DNA of 62,779 bases, counting the filler, from Globobulimina sp. (lineage: Eukaryota): the NCBI GenBank assembly GCA_003354225.1. It is 45 parts of 45 records of this genome, joined end to end, with 100 filler letters (N's around TTAATTAATTAA, not from the genome) between each part and the next. Parts side by side here need not be neighbours in the genome. Positions count along the whole stretch, not along the records: positions 36,343 to 37,639 come from PIVH01019181.1; positions 37,740 to 39,036 come from PIVH01019182.1; positions 39,137 to 40,433 come from PIVH01019183.1; positions 40,534 to 41,830 come from PIVH01019184.1; positions 41,931 to 43,227 come from PIVH01019185.1; positions 43,328 to 44,624 come from PIVH01019186.1; positions 44,725 to 46,021 come from PIVH01019187.1; positions 46,122 to 47,418 come from PIVH01019188.1; 37 more parts are not named here. The stretch is one strand, 5' to 3'. A program made the translations under genes and the position numbers. This document shows positions 36,457 to 48,230 of this stretch, piece by piece; position 1 is the stretch's first letter; each line of letters opens with the position of its first letter. The notes below the pieces were generated by a model. It saw nothing but the letters and a program-made list of their open reading frames with translations. It was not told the origin of the DNA and did no database searches.

Positions 36457-37326
36457 TTATTTTTTGGTTTGGTTTGTGTTTATATGGTTTGGGTTTGGCA
36501 AACTAGGCAAACCTAAGAGAAAAGTTTTTTGTTTCGTTTGTTTGGTGCATATTTTTTTGTTTGGTCTGTTGTTAATTTGCGACCATAAATTTAGTTCTGC
36601 TGCTGTATATTCTGATGAAGTCCAATATGGATTTTCAACTGATGGTTTAACTAACAATTCTGATTCTAAGTTTATTTGGCGAAGAACCATAGACATTCTA
36701 AAATGTGTAACATCTTCTTTATCAAAACCATGTTTAAACACAATGTCACTAACACCATCTTTTTTTATTATAAGCACATCACCACTTTTATAATTGATCC
36801 GAAAACTACCGGTTGTGCCGTGATTCAATAAGTTCAGATCAAAATGCATAACTCCATCATCTAATGCCATCATTACCATACTCTTTGCGAAACCACCGGC
36901 CAAATCATGATGTGTATTTAATGATGCCTTTTCGCTATAACCTAAAAATTGTATCATTGTGGAATACCGCTGTGTTTTGCTTTTGAGATTCCAATCTGCA
37001 AGTAACGGCAAAACTACCCTTAAAAATTCTTTGTTTGCTTGGCATACAACCCTGTCAATGTAGTTTTCTTCAGCAACTTCCATTTCTTCATCAAATATTT
37101 TAACACAACTTTCATATAAACCAGTTTTTAAACTATATAATAGCTCTCTATGTACATTATATATATATGGCCAACCTTCAAAATGCTTAATTCTAGAGTT
37201 AGCGACATCATAAGCAAATTTAGGATCCATATGTTTCAAAAAACTTTTCAGTTTTAATTGTTCCAATGCGTGTTTCCTTAACATATTATTTTTATGACAT
37301 TGCCTAATGACAGTGTGTTTGTTCAT
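36457..37326 (-). CDS. 2OG-Fe(II) dioxygenase (AlkB-like fold)
   Basis: Y...LNTHHD (HxD), SGDVLI, FKHG (distal His), RMSMVLR (RxxxxxR). Confidence 0.75.
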   Translation of the reverse strand: MNKHTVIRQCHKNNMLRKHALEQLKLKSFLKHMDPKFAYDVANSRIKHFEGWPYIYNVHRELLYSLKTGLYESCVKIFDEEMEVAEENYIDRVVCQANKEFLRVVLPLLADWNLKSKTQRYSTMIQFLGYSEKASLNTHHDLAGGFAKSMVMMALDDGVMHFDLNLLNHGTTGSFRINYKSGDVLIIKKDGVSDIVFKHGFDKEDVTHFRMSMVLRQINLESELLVKPSVENPYWTSSEYTAAELNLWSQINNRPNKKICTKQTKQKTFLLGLPSLPNPNHINTNQTKK

Positions 37327-38092
37327 TGAGTTTTTTTGTTTGTGACTGGTGCTCGTGTTTTATTTTTTTTGCTGTGGTTGATGTTGGCGTTGCAGTGATT
37401 GTTGATCTGCTGTCGCTGTTGATTATTGTTGTTTATATTATTAGTGTGGATTTCTATTATTAGTGTCGATGTTTCGATTATTAGTGTTGATCTGCTGTCA
37501 CTGACTCACTGTTATTATTGTTGCTGTTGCTGTTGAGTGGTTGGTGTTGTTATTAGGGTTGGTGACGCGCTATTGCTGTTGCTGTGAGTAGTATTGCTGA
37601 TTCAGATTTGCAGCTGAACCAGTTGCAATTATGATAAATNNNNNNNNNNNNNNNNNNNNNNNNNNNNNNNNNNNNNNNNNNNNTTAATTAATTAANNNNN
37701 NNNNNNNNNNNNNNNNNNNNNNNNNNNNNNNNNNNNNNNGTGTCGAGTATACTACATTTTGGAAACACCTTGTTTTTGAAAAAAATTAATGTATACAGTT
37801 TCACTTTCAAAAGAAAAATGTTTCACACAAGTATATGGAGATATATCTCTGACTTATAATTAAAAAAAGGTTTTATAATTATAACTCCGAGATTATAAAC
37901 TACTAACTACTAACTACTAATGGCAACTTGCTGCATATTTTAATTCATATTAAACACTTACAGTCTTCACAGTGTTAGAAGCAAACTGCTTGATCTGATA
38001 AAAAGGATTCACCAGTGAACCGTAGCATATTTATATAAAAGCAGCCATATATACCGAGTTAGTAGTAATACAGAAAGACATCGATAAACATA

Positions 38093-39036
38093 ATGTCATA
38101 TGCAAATGCAATTGTGTGTGTTGCGAATTTCCGGCAAAATAAGAACGACGGAAACGCCCCCTCTATAAACAATATATCACGCATTGAAGAGGCGAGAAAT
38201 TATAATAGAAGGAAATCAAGGGACGAGCATAGAAAATTAGATGCAATATTTGACGCATTCGATATTAGTGTGCCATTCCATGAACGGATGCATTATCGTA
38301 TTATTGGTGGTCGCGTTGGCATTACGCTGTATTTTATGAACATGCAAAAGGATAAAGGTCGTTATTTAAACAATCCGGGTAAATATGATAAAATATTAGC
38401 GAATATATTCCCTCTCTGGAAGAGGATGAAGGTTTGGTGCAGATCGCAAGGAAAACGAAGAAATTGTTTTGATAAATTCGCGGAATTGACATTTTCGTGG
38501 GGTATGGACCAATATGATATGACAGAATCGTCTATTTTTAGCGTGGAAGAATTCATCGTATTAATCAGATAATTTTTTAAGAATTTGAATAAAAAGAAGG
38601 TACAAAGACAGTATGCGTTCAGTAAAGCGCTTGGAGCGGACTTTTACGTCAATATAAGTCGGCGGAAATATGATGCTCCACAATTAGCGAAATTCGTATG
38701 TAACAATGCGTTTATTACGACAAAGTTTATTGTGACGAAAGCTTATGAGGACGACGTTGCGGCGCAGGAGATTTTGGAAATGATATTGACGAATTTTGAG
38801 GGTTATAAGGTAACGTGCGAGAGATTTGGAGATATTTCGAAGAAAATCAGCCAATCATTATTGTTAACGTCATCAGGGCCCATTGGGATTGACTGGCTGC
38901 ATGAAAAAACACGAACGGTCGCTGGCCAGAAAGTGTATTGGTCGCGATTCGAAGCAAAGGGACCGAGAAAGAAAAGGGAAGTCTGGGATAATGAGAGGAA
39001 ATTGATCGAGTTCAATAAATCGCAGATTGATACCGG
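38093..39036 (+). pseudogene. Unknown protein interrupted by a single in-frame TAA, or two abutting ORFs
   Basis: ORFs 38093-38572 and 38585-end share a frame; only the TAA at 38570 separates them and no ATG restarts nearby. Confidence 0.4.
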
Positions 39037-39417
39037 NNNNNNNNNNNNNNNNNNNNNNNNNNNNNNNNNNNNNNNNNNNNTTAATTAATTAANNNNNNNN
39101 NNNNNNNNNNNNNNNNNNNNNNNNNNNNNNNNNNNNGGAAATCCCATATCTGATCGACAATCATGAGTATACACTAACGTGTATGATGTATACTGTACAA
39201 ACCTTTGAAAACACTCTAGCTGTTTTGTGCAAACTACTTGTATAATTTTAACAAACTTCATAAATATGGTTAACATTCTTCTTATTATTCTGTTTTTAGA
39301 ATATGAAACATGTTGTTAGAATTTCCGGGAAACAGTGAACCAATTCCATATATCGACAGCAACTGAAAACATTAAAGCCGTTTATATTTGTAATAATCCA
39401 GAAATTTCAACACTGAC

Positions 39418-40433
39418 ATGCATCGCATGAATTTAACCTTATCACGCGTACGACTCTTTTATTGCACAACAAACAAATTATGTGCACCAATCAATACTTC
39501 CTATGCACTAAAATCACTGCAACAACTTTACAAAGATTATTCCGATGAATCAACAACGATTGAAAACGCATTCAATATCTACAATGAAATGGCATTAAAA
39601 ACAGCAAATGTAATAATAGAACTATTAAAATTATGTCTAACATTGAATAAGTTGGATAAATCTATCTTAATTTACAATGATATATTACAATTATCGCAAC
39701 AACCACAAGAAACTGATATGATAACCGCATATTTATTATTCTTAAAATGTTGCACAAAGTCTGACAATATTGATATCAATAAATGCATGGACATATTACA
39801 TCTAATACGAGATTGTCCATATAAAATATGCGGCGAATATGATTTGAAAGATTACTCATTGAGTGTCAATAAAATAATATCAAAATGCAATAAAAATATG
39901 AACAAAATCAATGAAATAAATATATTGACTCAAGAAATAAAGATTGACGATGTGTATATTTGTACAGCATTAATAAATACATATGCTGCATCTGGTGATA
40001 TTGACACTGCGTTGGATATATTCAATGCATTAAATAACACAACAAAAGATAGTACAATGATGAATACAATGATGAAATGGTTAATTAAATACAACCAACA
40101 CCAAACAGCATTGATTGTATATGACGAATACCAATGGCTTCAAGATGATGTTTCACACATTTTAGCGCTAAAATTAAAGCATTTGGACAAAGGACATATT
40201 ATTCATCAACAACTAACAGCAGATTCACATATAAATCTCAAAAATGCATGTATTGATTTTTTCGGTTATTTTGGCGATATTGATAATGCATTGCATGTAT
40301 TTAATGAATTGATTGATGATACACAGAAAGATAAAATCAGTGTTGGTGTCATTATCAAATGTTTAGTGAACAGTGGTCGATATAAACATGCATTGGAAAT
40401 CTATGATAAATATTTAGCATTTCATGATGATAA
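39418..40433 (+). CDS. Pentatricopeptide-repeat (PPR) protein, likely mitochondrion-targeted, 3' truncated
   Basis: DVYICTALINTYAASGDIDTALDIFN, LKNACIDFFGYFGDIDNALHVFNEL, IIKCLVNSGRYKHALEIYD; Arg-rich, acid-free N-terminus. Confidence 0.88.
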
Positions 40434-40571
40434 NNNNNNNNNNNNNNNNNNNNNNNNNNNNNNNNNNNNNNNNNNNNTTAATTAATTAANNNNNNNNNNN
40501 NNNNNNNNNNNNNNNNNNNNNNNNNNNNNNNNNCATCAATTATTTCTGTCATAAATCTATTAGATCCCATA

Positions 40572-41558
40572 ATGGGTAAAATTAATATATTGCCAATGCA
40601 GCAACATCACATTTTGCAATTAGCAGAGTTTTTTACCTCCACAGCTGCTCATTATGTCATATCAATTACAAAAGATCTGAATACTAACAAATTATTCGCA
40701 GATACGAGCAATTCATCAACGAAACTGGTATTTGCCGATAAATTATTTATTTTAATTGGAACGTTACATAAATTTGATGGAGTCTTAAAACAATATATAA
40801 ATAATATAAATATATTGAAAAGATATAACGATTCAAGACAGCGATCACGGTCAAGCTCATTGATTCGCAATCAAAATCAGGAAACCATTAATGATAAATT
40901 AAGTTGTTTGACAATATTTACTTTAATTCAAACAACATTGGATGAAGCATCCAAAAAATTAGCAAATAAAGTCTGCAATAAATTATTAATAAATCAGAGA
41001 TTGATTGGTATAGTTTGGAAGCAACCAATCAACGAACCATACTCAAACATTCAGTTGGAACATTTCATGAAAATATATATATGGAATCACATCATTCCAA
41101 TTCTCAAAATTGTTGAACAAAGAACCACTAAACAGTTTTTTAATGTTTTCTGTTTTGAGCTTCATCGAACAATGTTGAATAATATCAAAGCATCGCTTAT
41201 TCCGTTTGTAGTATCTGATGTACTTAATTTTGTTCAAGTTTTAAGGGTAAAATATGCATTTGGTTCAGTCATTCAATATATGACAGAATGTTGGAAATTA
41301 AATACCAATGAAATATATGAAACAAGTCAAGTCAAAAGTATTAATGAGATGATACAATTATTATTATGTGATATACATTCGTTGAGAGAGGCATTGACTC
41401 ATAAATTGGAACAAAACACGCAAGACACACAAAATGCACAATACAATGTACAAAATAGTCAAATGGAGATTTGTAATGCTATCAAAATTATAATTCAAGC
41501 AAGAACTAATAATGCTAGAACTGTTAGCAGTAACAATTTGATGTTTAAATGGAAATAA
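40572..41558 (+). CDS. Alpha-helical hypothetical protein C-terminus (possibly CATCHR/ZW10-like)
   Basis: Long helical ORF, probably 5' truncated; family guess is weak. Confidence 0.45.
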   Translation: MGKINILPMQQHHILQLAEFFTSTAAHYVISITKDLNTNKLFADTSNSSTKLVFADKLFILIGTLHKFDGVLKQYINNINILKRYNDSRQRSRSSSLIRNQNQETINDKLSCLTIFTLIQTTLDEASKKLANKVCNKLLINQRLIGIVWKQPINEPYSNIQLEHFMKIYIWNHIIPILKIVEQRTTKQFFNVFCFELHRTMLNNIKASLIPFVVSDVLNFVQVLRVKYAFGSVIQYMTECWKLNTNEIYETSQVKSINEMIQLLLCDIHSLREALTHKLEQNTQDTQNAQYNVQNSQMEICNAIKIIIQARTNNARTVSSNNLMFKWK

Positions 41559-42146
41559 TTAAAAACTTGCTCTGGAGATTCGTTTTACAATCTTTTATTT
41601 GCACAAATCTTTAATTGTTGTCAGTTTTGGCGTGAAGCCAGACAAACTGATCCCAAACTTGATACAAACTACACTTTATGTCGCATTTAAGCTGTTTTTA
41701 ATCTTTTACACTAACCATAGTCAGGACAATGGACACTGAAGAAAAGTCAGAATCATATAACTTACTGATAGCTTCCGTTCGCGAAGCAGTAAACGACACA
41801 GTACACCTTAAGCTTGACAGCAATTATACTNNNNNNNNNNNNNNNNNNNNNNNNNNNNNNNNNNNNNNNNNNNNTTAATTAATTAANNNNNNNNNNNNNN
41901 NNNNNNNNNNNNNNNNNNNNNNNNNNNNNNAGCACAGGCAACGTTGGGCCGTAAATAATGCTGGACCTATTTTAGGAGTTGACCAATGGACGTATTGGAT
42001 ATTGCTAAATACAGGTAAATAATATGAATATTGCTTTTTTGATAGGCAAAACTTGGTGTACCCAATAATTATGAAAGTCATAATTTCTATTTTTATCATG
42101 CTGTGTCTATTTCTAGTACGACCTTCTAAAAATACAAAGTACAAAC

Positions 42147-42893
42147 ATGCAGAGTTTAACCTTTTTGTTGTTAATAATTCCATATTTGATTTGTGCAAAG
42201 ATAACACATGAATTTATCAAATGGTATGTACCAAAGTATCATTCACAAACAACATGGTACAAACATGGTGTTAAAATATTATCGCGCATCATGTTTTTGA
42301 ATAGTATTTGCTTCACATTACATCACAGCATCGCAGCATTATCCATTGGTTTGTCAATATATTTTAATTCGAAAACATTGTTACTTAATGGTGCTTTATT
42401 TGACTGTGGTAATACATTTATTGATTTTTATAACTTATTAATGACAAAATGGTATTACAAAACATCAATGCTTTCAAATGCACAGTTATTTAATGTTTTG
42501 GCTCATCATTTTTCCTGCTTTGTTGGGGTTTTTATTTTATTTTTCAGTGATAATATTTATATAACACAACACGCCTTTCACTTGGCATTATCAGGAAGCA
42601 TTTCTATTGCGATGCACATGTTAAGTTCAACCAGAAACATAACAGATTTGCAACAGAGGAGTCAATATGCGGTTTATTGTTTTATTTCCCTTGTTTCCTT
42701 TATTTATTTTAGAATTTATCAACATGGGATCAGCTGTTATTTGTTTTATTTTTTATTCCATGATTTTAATGTCTGGGTACAAACAATGTGTGCAATGTAC
42801 CTTTCTCTGATGGGGATTTTTAATATTCGCGTTGGGCGATCCCTCACAACAAGATTTTATATTATTCTTTTTGGTGATAAACCGAAAAAGTAA
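42147..42893 (+). CDS. Multi-pass membrane protein, TLC (TRAM/LAG1/CLN8)-like
   Basis: ~6 TMs, LAHH motif, FIYFRI motif; complete ORF. Confidence 0.6.
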   Translation: MQSLTFLLLIIPYLICAKITHEFIKWYVPKYHSQTTWYKHGVKILSRIMFLNSICFTLHHSIAALSIGLSIYFNSKTLLLNGALFDCGNTFIDFYNLLMTKWYYKTSMLSNAQLFNVLAHHFSCFVGVFILFFSDNIYITQHAFHLALSGSISIAMHMLSSTRNITDLQQRSQYAVYCFISLVSFIYFRIYQHGISCYLFYFLFHDFNVWVQTMCAMYLSLMGIFNIRVGRSLTTRFYIILFGDKPKK

Positions 42894-43536
42894 TATTTAT
42901 CATTTAATAATTTAATTTAAATTCATTTAATTCAATCTTTCCTAATTCAATTCAAATTTTTTATTCTCAAATTACTTATATATCTTCCTCTGTTCATTGC
43001 AAAATCTGAACAGTATCTTGCGTGCTGGGCGAAAACTTTGCAATATTAACATTAACAGTTCGCTTGACTTCGTTATTGTCTTTTGACATAGAGCGGTGAC
43101 GGGACAGCATATCCACAGATTCTTGTTTTATTCATTGACACCAGCTCTTCCATGTAGTAAGTATACCGCTGAAAACAAAACACAGTGTTTTGTTAATTGT
43201 TTTATGTTGTTTTATAATTTGTTTTTTNNNNNNNNNNNNNNNNNNNNNNNNNNNNNNNNNNNNNNNNNNNNTTAATTAATTAANNNNNNNNNNNNNNNNN
43301 NNNNNNNNNNNNNNNNNNNNNNNNNNNTTGCAGGTATGTTGTTTACTTCGAGTAGAGATCCATATTTTGCAGCTCTTTCTTCATGCTCTGTATACAACAA
43401 AAAATCACGATTGGTGTATTTGGTTTATGGACAGTGCCAACTGAACAAACCATGGCAATTTACGATATTAAATCTAATAACTGTATATAACAATATGACA
43501 AGAGAGCGTACGTAGCAAAATTATACAATATGTATA

Positions 43537-44427
43537 TTATGGTTTTGATAACAAAAGTTTCTGTTTCTTTACTGCCGCAAATGTAGTGTTTAAGTAGACC
43601 CAATTTGCCAAAATATCATAATTTTTATCCTCTACAATTTGATTGTCCTCTGTACAATTCAATGGATATATTCTCCTCTGTGGATCCGTAATAACCGGAT
43701 ATGTTCTATTTGTAACATTCCACTGCTGAAACAGTTTCAAAGTGCCATCATCCATCACATTAAACATAGAAATATATTCTCCATACTCATCATACGCCGA
43801 TTGATTAAGTACAGAGAGATCCGAGTTTACAAAATGGCCAATATGATGTCCAAGTGGTTCACCAACGAGCACAAGTTCGCCTTTCTGGATAGTTTCATGA
43901 TCCGTAATGTTAACATGGCCAATCTCTACAAGATACTGTGCCTCGTGATCGCTGGGCGAGCCTTGTATTCTAATATCATATCCAAACGAAGTATCAGAGC
44001 CTTGTGACAACGAAATCTGTGATATTGTGCCTTGCAATGGCGAATAAATAATAATATCTGATGCATTTATTTGTGGGAAGGGCTGGAACCAATGTTTTAA
44101 TGAACCGCAGGTGTTGTTGTGGTTAAAGGCGTTAGCGACACCTGGCCAGGAACCACCTGCGGCTGAACGAAAGCGAGACATTCGAGCAATGAGTTGTACC
44201 CTCATATGGGCGCCATGTAATAAATAGCTATCAGTGGGTGCCGGAGAGGGTGAATTGTCTCTAGCATCACCGGCTACATATATGATGACAAGAATACCAC
44301 CGATTAATATGGTTACTACAAATAATGCAAGTATTAAGCCTTTATTGCGTTTGGGTGTCCGTCCGTAGGTAAATCCTGTGGAGGTTGAACCAATCAATAA
44401 GCTTTCAGTTCCAAGCGCATCCGCCAT
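43537..44427 (-). CDS. Type II membrane protein with an M23/LytM-like barrel-sandwich domain
   Basis: Single N-terminal TM; SRFRS...C.SLKHWFQP...IYSPLQGTI...GHVN...GELVLVGEPLG...SDLSV. Confidence 0.6.
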   Translation of the reverse strand: MADALGTESLLIGSTSTGFTYGRTPKRNKGLILALFVVTILIGGILVIIYVAGDARDNSPSPAPTDSYLLHGAHMRVQLIARMSRFRSAAGGSWPGVANAFNHNNTCGSLKHWFQPFPQINASDIIIYSPLQGTISQISLSQGSDTSFGYDIRIQGSPSDHEAQYLVEIGHVNITDHETIQKGELVLVGEPLGHHIGHFVNSDLSVLNQSAYDEYGEYISMFNVMDDGTLKLFQQWNVTNRTYPVITDPQRRIYPLNCTEDNQIVEDKNYDILANWVYLNTTFAAVKKQKLLLSKP

Positions 44428-46171
44428 GATCACTTTCCAAGTTCAAGTGAAATAAATCGAAAAATGTTTGCCCATGTGGTAATTTCCAGAATTTTCGGTT
44501 TGGGGCAATCGTTAAATAGTTTTTGTAATATTAACTCATGATCATGTCCTTGGTTAAGTTGGTTTGGATAATATTGCTATACACCATCATATCACCTGCT
44601 TTATCTCAGTGCGAACGAGCAGCTNNNNNNNNNNNNNNNNNNNNNNNNNNNNNNNNNNNNNNNNNNNNTTAATTAATTAANNNNNNNNNNNNNNNNNNNN
44701 NNNNNNNNNNNNNNNNNNNNNNNNAACATATAATATCTCATCATACACAACAATGTAATATCTCATCATATAATATCTCAAACACACGAAAATAACAACA
44801 AAATAATCATCAAACACACAGAAAATGACAACAAATTATCGTTAATCAACACATGAAACAACACCAACTGGTTATTATACATCCAGTGGTACTGCAATGG
44901 CACCAACTTAGGCCACTACAATGTAACCAAACTTATTCACGTCCATACTCAATGACACACACTTATTATCCATGGCCCGTACTGCAATAGCAACAACTTA
45001 TTATCCCAAGCCACGTACATCTCACATGCACGTATTTCTCACTTGCATGTACTGCTCATCTGCACGTACTGCTCATTAGCCACGTACTGCAATGGCAACA
45101 ACAATATCTCATCTTTGTTTTATTTAAATGACTTTTTTAAACAAATAAACTCTCATTCACATCTAGGTGGGTCTCCTGTTATTCCACCGTCTCAAATTAA
45201 CATCTCTCCTCCACAGCAGGGGTGTCTCTGACTACTCCCTTCTCAGTTTTTCCTCTTCAAACTTTCTCGGAGACGCCGGAGTGGAGTTTTCCACCTCCGA
45301 TCTTAAAGTCCGGCACCTCCGCTTTATGCGGTTGCCACCTTCCTCTGAAAGGTTGGCACCTTGGCAGCTAACACCATCGTTAACTCCTTCTCATCATGGA
45401 CCACACTCGGTGTCGCCTCCTCGGTCCAAACCCTCACCAAATAGCAAAACGAGGGTTTCCGAGTCAGCAAACAGTGAAAGGATAACGGAAAATAAAAATA
45501 AAAAAAATAAACATCAAACCTTTTCCTTATCCTTATTTTTCTTTCTATTACCACCTCTTTTACACCTTCTTATTCTTGATCTTATCGTTGTTCGGGTTGA
45601 CACCACCTGGCGGTATCTCCGAATAAGAGCCCTTCTTCTTACACTGTCTTAGCGGCAGCAGACTTCTAATCGTTGGAGCTCCTAATACGACGATCGAATA
45701 AGAATGTGGTAGTAGACTTGCAAGTGTTCTTGCGACGATGTTCTGAGGGCAAAGCGAAAAATACGCGAAAACTTCAATTCGAGTTAATGGAATTTCGAAA
45801 AGCACCAGTGTAATAGCACCAGTGTAAGTCTTCAATATAAAATGTACATTTCTATTCGCCATTTTACACTGGTGATTTTATATTGGTGCTTTATAGTTAA
45901 CTTTTTTGGCTTAGTTTCGTTTCATTTCATTTCAACGATTAGCAAAGTTTTTGGTTAGCTAGAGTGGTTTTCAACATAGTATTCGAAGTAATACTAGGTC
46001 ATCCAATACTAGGTGAACTTCNNNNNNNNNNNNNNNNNNNNNNNNNNNNNNNNNNNNNNNNNNNNTTAATTAATTAANNNNNNNNNNNNNNNNNNNNNNN
46101 NNNNNNNNNNNNNNNNNNNNNCAAGCTGCAAAATTAATTGTTGTTGAATACCCAGCTCCAGTAAATTCCAT

Positions 46172-47419
46172 TCAGTTAGAAGAACTAGATGTTATTGAGG
46201 CATTAGCTCCAGCATGATTAGCTTCCCATTCTATTGTTCCAAGATTTGGTAATCTGATAGTTCCAGTATCTGCACTTCCAGCTCCAAAGTCTAAGAAACC
46301 TACATTGATTAGATTATTACCTATAAAGTCAGCATCTGTTGGACCGAAATCATATTCGACAGGTCCATTAATATCTATTCTAAATCTCTCAGTAGGTCCT
46401 AACGAAAGTGATAAACCAGCACCACTTGTTGACATTGATATACCAGTATCAAATTTCAAATTATTGCTAAGTAGATCAAGTTCTGTTGAACTAAATGTAT
46501 ATTCTGTAACATCATTAACTCTGAATGTATGGGCTTGTGCAGTTGGTACATCATATCGTAATGTACCTGTACCACCATCTATTGAAAGAGTAGATACTTG
46601 AAAAATTATTCCTTGTTCAGCATTCACTTCAACAAGCATGGAAACTGCATCAACAGCTCCTGTAGGATCTAATCTCATATAATCAGTAAATGATCCATTA
46701 TCGATAACTGAAAAAGTCATTTTACCATCTTCAGTGCCCGATGTAGCACTACCAATTTCACCTAAAATTCTCCCATAAAGTGTACGGGTACCGACAGTAT
46801 TGTCATCATAGAAATCAATTATACCAATATCATCAGCACCTGCTGGAGTTGTATGATTTGCCTCTAGTTCAATAATAGCTGTAGTGTCATCAATTTTCAG
46901 ATTAAGTAATCCTACATTGATTAGATTGTTTGCATTCCAATCAGCTTCTGCCCCACCAAATGTATATTCAGTTACATCATTCACTCTGAAAGTATGAGAT
47001 TGTGCAGTTGCTACATCGTATGTCATATTGCCAGCTATCAAGTCAATAGATGAATTTGAATTATCAAAAAATATTCCTTGATTAACCGTAACACCGACTT
47101 TGAAAGCTACAGGAGATACTCCAAATCCAGGATTAAATTCCAAGTAATTTGTTAGTACACCACCATCTATTACATCAAAGTGTAATTCGCCTTCTTCACC
47201 ACCTGATGTAGGACTTTGAATTTTTGAAAATATTCTTGCATATGTTTCTCTAGCACCAACTGAATTATCATCAATATAGTTAACAATTCCAATAGTTTGC
47301 CCATTTGCTGGAACCGTATGGTTTGCCTCCATTTCCATAACTGCTGTGGTATCATCAATTTTCAAATTCAATAAATCAACGTTGATCAAGTAAAATTCTG
47401 CTGCATCATGTAGTTCAGN
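46172..47419 (-). CDS. Phage virion structural / tail-fibre-like protein with internal repeats, 5' truncated
   Basis: G/T/D/N-rich beta composition; ~150-aa duplication (LINV.LLNLKIDDTTA; YDV.TAQ.HTFRVNDVTEYTF); intronless. Confidence 0.65.
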   Translation of the reverse strand, partial: XELHDAAEFYLINVDLLNLKIDDTTAVMEMEANHTVPANGQTIGIVNYIDDNSVGARETYARIFSKIQSPTSGGEEGELHFDVIDGGVLTNYLEFNPGFGVSPVAFKVGVTVNQGIFFDNSNSSIDLIAGNMTYDVATAQSHTFRVNDVTEYTFGGAEADWNANNLINVGLLNLKIDDTTAIIELEANHTTPAGADDIGIIDFYDDNTVGTRTLYGRILGEIGSATSGTEDGKMTFSVIDNGSFTDYMRLDPTGAVDAVSMLVEVNAEQGIIFQVSTLSIDGGTGTLRYDVPTAQAHTFRVNDVTEYTFSSTELDLLSNNLKFDTGISMSTSGAGLSLSLGPTERFRIDINGPVEYDFGPTDADFIGNNLINVGFLDFGAGSADTGTIRLPNLGTIEWEANHAGANASITSSSSN

Positions 47420-47762
47420 NNNNNNNNNNNNNNNNNNNNNNNNNNNNNNNNNNNNNNNNNNNTTAATTAATTAANNNNNNNNNNNNNNNNNNNNNNNNNN
47501 NNNNNNNNNNNNNNNNNNTACAAATCCTGCAATGGTTTTATAAGAACATGATTACCCAATGCAACGGTTGTACGCTGCCCCATGATTGAATTACGCACAC
47601 CAAAGCAGACAGTTTTTTAGCTTCTTTAGCAACGAATGTCGACATTTTATTATTTTCTCAAACTCAAATACGATAATCAATACACACATACGACAATCAT
47701 ACAATGAGTCAACACAAATGTTTACGGGAAATATTTTGAATCACTCAACACTAAGTACACAA

Positions 47763-48230
47763 CTACCTTAATACAGACAACGGAGCGAGTTCCTTACCTA
47801 ATATAAATTGCATAATCGAATGTGCAATAGATTCATAATTATTTTGTTTGGTCCAAGTATACCAATTATTAAAATCAACAAAATGTACACAGTCTCCAGC
47901 ACTGATGGTCCAAGTATATGTTTGCGGATTTTGTTTGGGATAACAGTCTTTATTTTTAATTATTTTTATTTTTTTACCTTTAGTCTTTGATGAAACAATA
48001 TTAAACTCAATTTTCTCGCCTGTATTAGCAGATTGTTTGTCGTGATAAATACACAAATACGCATAACGACCTTTATCAATAATATGAAATGGATGATATT
48101 CTTCTGAACCAAATGGATTGAAACAATAATTTAAGCTGTTATTAGAGAAAAAAAATATAAACCGTATGGCATCTGTTGATTTCATCGCAACATCATCGTT
48201 ATTGGTCGGTGGACCTTTCTGCTCTTGCAT
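47763..48230 (-). CDS. Hypothetical protein
   Basis: Complete 155-aa ATG ORF; no motif recognised. Confidence 0.45.
   Translation of the reverse strand: MQEQKGPPTNNDDVAMKSTDAIRFIFFFSNNSLNYCFNPFGSEEYHPFHIIDKGRYAYLCIYHDKQSANTGEKIEFNIVSSKTKGKKIKIIKNKDCYPKQNPQTYTWTISAGDCVHFVDFNNWYTWTKQNNYESIAHSIMQFILGKELAPLSVLR

Noticed and set aside
2190-46174. A shared alternative genetic code explaining in-frame stops at 2190, 3864, 38570 and 46172
   Set aside because: The stops are isolated, of different types and on contigs of different origin; other genes terminate normally at TAA, TAG or TGA
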